From assembly GCA_030390025.1 (NCBI GenBank), contig CM059431.1, forward strand, positions 152,770,001 through 152,834,000: 64,000 nt of DNA. The letters run 5' to 3'. This stretch comes from Squalus acanthias (lineage: Eukaryota). The notes under the pieces are model-generated. The model was not told where the DNA came from. It saw nothing but the letters and a program-made list of their open reading frames with translations, and searched no databases. Positions 59,634-64,000 of this stretch are shown piece after piece (position 1 is the first letter of the stretch; every line of letters starts with the position of its first letter). The position numbers were made by a program, and so were the translations under genes.

Positions 59634-59814
59634 CAGCAACACCAACAGCAGCAAGGACGGGATAGTAAATGCATTGCATAATCAGAAGTGCGTAATAGAT
59701 CTTATTTATGAATGATATATAATCATAATAGAGAGTAAATATTTCAAACGCCGAGGATGAACTCTTGCCCATTGTTGTAAAATTCAAATCTACTGATCTC
59801 AGATTCTGATCCAT
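59634..59814 (-). CDS. Intact GPCR first coding exon (N-terminus and TM1), 60 aa plus 1 nt
   Basis: MDQNLRSVDLNFTTMGK...IYYPVLAAVGVA ending at G|GTAAGT (phase 1). Joins in frame to 22709 as AAVGVA-VNLVTIVIL, giving 360 aa. Confidence 0.8.
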
Positions 59815-59964
59815 TGTTGCAGCATTCCAATCTACTGTTCTCAGATTCTGACCGAGTGTTGTAACATTCCAATCTACTGTTCTTAGATTCTGACTCACTC
59901 TTTGTTGAGCAGCGCACTGATCACTGTTAGTGCCGGAGGAGATGCTCTCACTGACACGATGGGA

Positions 59965-60120
59965 TAACACATTGAAAGGAGTCCCTTATTAATAAAAGAT
60001 GGAAACCCTGCACTGATGCAATTAGGGTCCATGGAGAATGATATTAATTCCAGTCACTGAACAAACTGCTTCAGATAAGCCGGAGAGACTGACATTAATT
60101 GCAGTCACTGAACAAACAGG
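59965..60120 (-). promoter_or_regulatory. Putative GPCR promoter (distal copy)
   Basis: TATA-like TTAATAAGG at about 59992-59984 and a motif series shared with 25553-25660. The GTTTGTTCAGTGACTG.AATTAAT module is duplicated. Confidence 0.6.
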
Positions 60121-60164
60121 TTCAGTTAACCCATTTCAATCCAGCACGTTTTGGACCACAGTAA

Positions 60165-60763
60165 AGTAGAACATTTCCGCGGTCCGGATCAGATGTATGA
60201 GGGTTGCTGAGGGACGTAAAGGTGGAAATAGCGCAGGATATGTCCAGAATCTTTCAATCCTCCTTGAATATGGGAGTGGGACCAAAGGATTGTAGGGTTG
60301 CCAATGTTGCAACCTGCTTAAAAAAGAAGAGAGGGATAAACAATGTTACTACGGGCCAGTCAGGCTAACGTAGGCGGGTGGGAAACTTCCAGAGGCCATA
60401 TACCCGGGGAATATTATCTGTCACTTGGAAAGAAACATGGATTAATAAATGACAACAAGCACGGATATGTTAGCGATAAAGTGTGTCTGACAATCTTGTT
60501 TGAGTTATTTGATGAAATAACGGAGATGGTTGATGGGCGTAATGTGGTTGACGTATTTACATTACTTTAAAAATGCATTTGATAAAGTCTCTTTGAATAA
60601 ACTTGTTAGGAACAAAGGGGCAGTGGCAGTGTGGCTCTGATATTGGCAAAAACAGAGAGCAGTGGTGACTGGTTGTTGTTGAGACTGGAGTGATGTATAC
60701 AGTGTTGTCCCCAGGTGTCGCTATTCGGACCACTAATCATTTAGATAAATATTAAAAATGTTG

Positions 60764-60811
<48 letters not shown>

Positions 60812-61220
60812 GGCATAATTTGAACGTTTGCAGATGACACAAAACTAGGAAATGTAGTTAACACTGATTGAGATAGTAGCAGGCTTCAGGAGGACACAGA
60901 TAAACTGGTGAAATGAGCAAAGTGATGAAAGGTGTCATCGACAGTGTTATTAAGTGTTACCTACTCACCAAAAACTTACTCACGAACGCTCATTTGGGTT
61001 CAGCCAGGACCACTCGGCTCCAGACTTAATTACAGCCTTGGTCGAAAAGTGGACAAAGCGCTGAATTCGACAGCTGAGGTGAGAGTGACTGTCATCGACG
61101 GCAAGGCAGCATTTGACCAAGTGTGGCATTAAGGAGCCCTCGTAAAATTGAAGTTATTGGGAATGAGGGGGAAAACTCTCTATTGGCTGGAGTCATGCCT
61201 AGCACAAAGGAAGATGGTCC
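60165..61220 (+). mobile_element. Old CR1 fragment (60165-60920) and family-B LINE fragment (60930-61220)
   Basis: FADDTKL and KAAFDQVWH remnants. Confidence 0.75.
60767..60808. repeat. (TA)n microsatellite
   Basis: About 21 TA units. Confidence 0.97.
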
Positions 61221-63303
61221 TTGATAGAAAGACTCTCTCTTTAAAAGAGGTACTTTATGGTGAGACTCCCTTTTTGAAATGGGACACTGATGGGGAGACT
61301 CCCTCTTTACAAGGTTTCCCTGATGGTGCCACTCCCTCTTTAAAATTGGTCCCTGATAGAAAGATTCCCACTCTAAAAGGGGTCCTTTATAGTCAGACTT
61401 TCTCTTTAAAAGGGGTCCCTGATGGTGAGACTCTCTCTTTAAAATGGGTCGCTCTTGTTTAGGCTCCCTCTTTAAAAGGGGTCCCTCATTGTGAGACCCC
61501 CTCTTCAAAAGGGGTCCCTCATGATGAGACCATCTCTTTCAAAGGGTTCCCTGATGGGCAGACCCCCTCTTTTAAAGGAGTCCCTGATGGGGAGAGTCTC
61601 TCTCTTTAAAAGGTGCCCAAAAAAAGGAAGATTCTCTTTATTAGGGGTCCCTAATGATGAGATTCTCGCTTTCAAATTGGTCACTGATGGTGAGACACCC
61701 TCTTTAAAAGGGGTACATGATGGTGAGACTCTTTTTTTACAAGTGGTCCCTGATGGTGGGTGTCCCTCAATAAAAGCGGTCCCTGATGGTGAGACTCCCT
61801 CTTTACAAGGGGTCCCTGATGGTGAGACTCCCTCTTTCAACGGAATACCTGATGTTGAGACTCTCTCTTTAAAATGGTTCACTGATGATGAAATACCCTC
61901 TTTAAAAGGTGTCCCTGATGGTGAGACACCCTCTTTAAAAGGGGTCACTGATAGGGGGACTTTCTCTTTAAAAGGGATCACCGATGGTGACACTCACTCT
62001 TTAAAAAGGCCTCTGACAGTGAGACTCTCTCTTTAAAAGTGTCTCCGATGGTGAGACTCCCTCTTTAAAAGGGTCCGTGATGATGGGACTCTCTCTTTAA
62101 AAGGGGTCCCTGGTGGTTAGACTCTCTCTTTAAAAGGGGTCCCTGATGAATAGACTATCTCTTTAAAAGGTGTGCCTGATAGGAAGTATCTCCGTAAAAG
62201 AGTTCCCTGATCAAAAGAGTCTCAGTTTAAAAGGGGTCCTTGATAAAAAGACAGTCTCTTTAAAAGTCCTAACTGACAGAAGGACTTCCTCTTTAACAGG
62301 GCCTCTGATCATGAAACTGTCTCTGTCAAAGGGCTCCCTGATCGAAAAACTCCCTCTTTTAAAGGGTCTCTGACGGTGAGAATCTCTTTAAAATTAATTC
62401 CTTTTGTTGAGACTCTCTTTTAAAAAGGTGTCTCTGATGGTGAGACTTCCTCTTCAAAAGGGATCCCTAATGGGGAGACTCTCTCGTTAAAAGGGGTCCC
62501 TGATGGGGAGACTCTTTAAAAGGGGTCCCTGGTGGGGACACTTCCTCTTTAAAAGGCGTCCCTGATGGCGAAACTCTTTCTTTCAAAGCGGTCCCTGATG
62601 CTGAAACTCCATCTGTAAAAGGAATTGTAATTATCACTTCAATGGTGAGACTCTCTCTTTATAAGGTGTCCCTGATGGTGAGACACCCTCTTTAAATGTG
62701 ACCCTGATAGTGAATCTCTCTCTTTAAAACGGTTCCCTGATGGTAAGACTCTCTTTAAAAGGGCTCCCTGATAAAAAGACTCCCTCTTTAAAAGGGTCTC
62801 TTATGGAGAGACTCCCTCTTTAAAAGAGGATCTGATGGGGAAAATTCCTCTTTAAAAGAGATCCCTAATGAGGAGACAACCTCTTTAAAACGGGTCCCTG
62901 ATTGAGACACACCCTCTTTAAAAGGGACCCCTGATGGTGACATTCTCTCTTTAAACGGTGTCCCTAATAGGAAGATTCTCTTTAAAAGGGGTCCCTGATA
63001 GAAAGACTCCATTTTTAAAACTGGGTCGCCAATGGTGAGACTCTGTATTTAAACGGGCACCCTGATAAAAAGACTACCTCTTTGAAAGGGTCTCTGATGG
63101 CGAGACTACCTCTTTAAAAGGGATCCCTAATGGGGAGACTCTCTTTAAAAGGGGTCCCTGATTGAGAGAATCGCCCTATAAAAGGTTTCCCTGATGGTGA
63201 GATTCCCTCTTTACAAGTTGTCTCTCATGGTGAGGCACCCGCTTAAAAAGGAATCCCTGATGGTGAGTCTCTCTCTTTAAAAACGTACACTGATGCAGAG
63301 ACT
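61215..63303 (+). repeat. 33-bp minisatellite (GGGGTCCCTGATGGTGAGACTCCCTCTTTAAAA)n
   Basis: About 60 diverged units. Unrelated to the SINE-derived 33-mer. Confidence 0.95.
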
Positions 63304-63305
63304 AT

Positions 63306-64000
63306 GGGGTAGAAATTAGGTCGCGCCCCATTTGGGGCCCAAATATCGTCCGGACGCAAATATTAGCGCCTGGCGCTAATTATCGGCACTGACAGGAAAC
63401 TTCACTTTTACCGCCCCGGGAGGTGAGTGGAGCGCTAAAGCAGGCGCTGCACACCTCTCTTAAGGAGCAAAGGCCAAGGAGTGAGGCGCTAACTCAGCGC
63501 ACGAGCGCAGCGCAGCTGCTGCCAGTTAGCGAGGGAACACAGACACACTGGCGCCGGCCACTTCTTAAAGCGGGGGGGGGGGGCACTTGCTCCCCAGCCA
63601 CACCCTGCTCATTGCAGCCTTGAATCTCAGCCTGGAGAGACCTGTAATCCATTTTGCAGCCAAGCATGGAGAGGGTGAGAGAACGCGCTCATCGCTTCAC
63701 CGAGCGGGCCTTGGATGCTCTGGTTGACGCAGTGGAGCGCAGACGATGTATGCTGTTCCCTGAGAGTGGCAGGAGGCCTTTGCCACGCGAGTTCAGAAGA
63801 GTGTGGAGGGAGGTGGCTCAGAGCGTCTCCTCCAGGAGCATGGTGCCCAGGACCCATACTCAATGCCGCAAAAAGTTCAACGACCTCACTCGGGTCGTCA
63901 GGGTGAGTGGCTTTTAATCAATACCTCTCCATCCCTCCATCTCAACCTCACTCTATGGCCAGAGGGTCTTAAAACCCCACTGCACAACACTCATCCAACA
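63306..64000 (+). mobile_element. Left end of a second copy of the autonomous-type Harbinger (cut by the window end), with Myb exon 1 at 63666-63902
   Basis: TIR GGGGTAGAAATT. Exon 1 differs from the 41403 copy at 3 of 237 nt by my reading (one amino acid change, N/S). Confidence 0.93.

Overview
Repeat-dense eukaryotic DNA. It is most likely from a cartilaginous fish (shark), inferred from an HE1/V-SINE-type SINE, HER1/CR1-type LINEs and a GPR139-like receptor of the kind expanded in elasmobranchs. The only clear host gene is a minus-strand class A GPCR. Its intact 300-codon main exon (21808-22709) has a ruined proximal first exon (premature stop plus Penelope insertion, 24.6-25.5 kb). An intact, phase-compatible first exon with a homologous promoter lies 37 kb upstream (59634-59814). 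The most striking mobile element is an apparently intact autonomous PIF/Harbinger transposon (41038-45187) with TIRs, an AAA target duplication, an uninterrupted DDE transposase ORF and a convergent 3-exon Myb/SANT gene. A near-identical second copy starts at the window end, and two related MITEs are present. The rest is decayed CR1, RTE, L2 and Penelope retroelements (some nested four deep), three SINE families, about eight minisatellite families (one seeded from inside a SINE, one carrying YY1 motifs) and an unexplained 292-bp spacerless palindrome. Everything was read by eye. Boundaries of old repeats are approximate and family names are unverified by database search.
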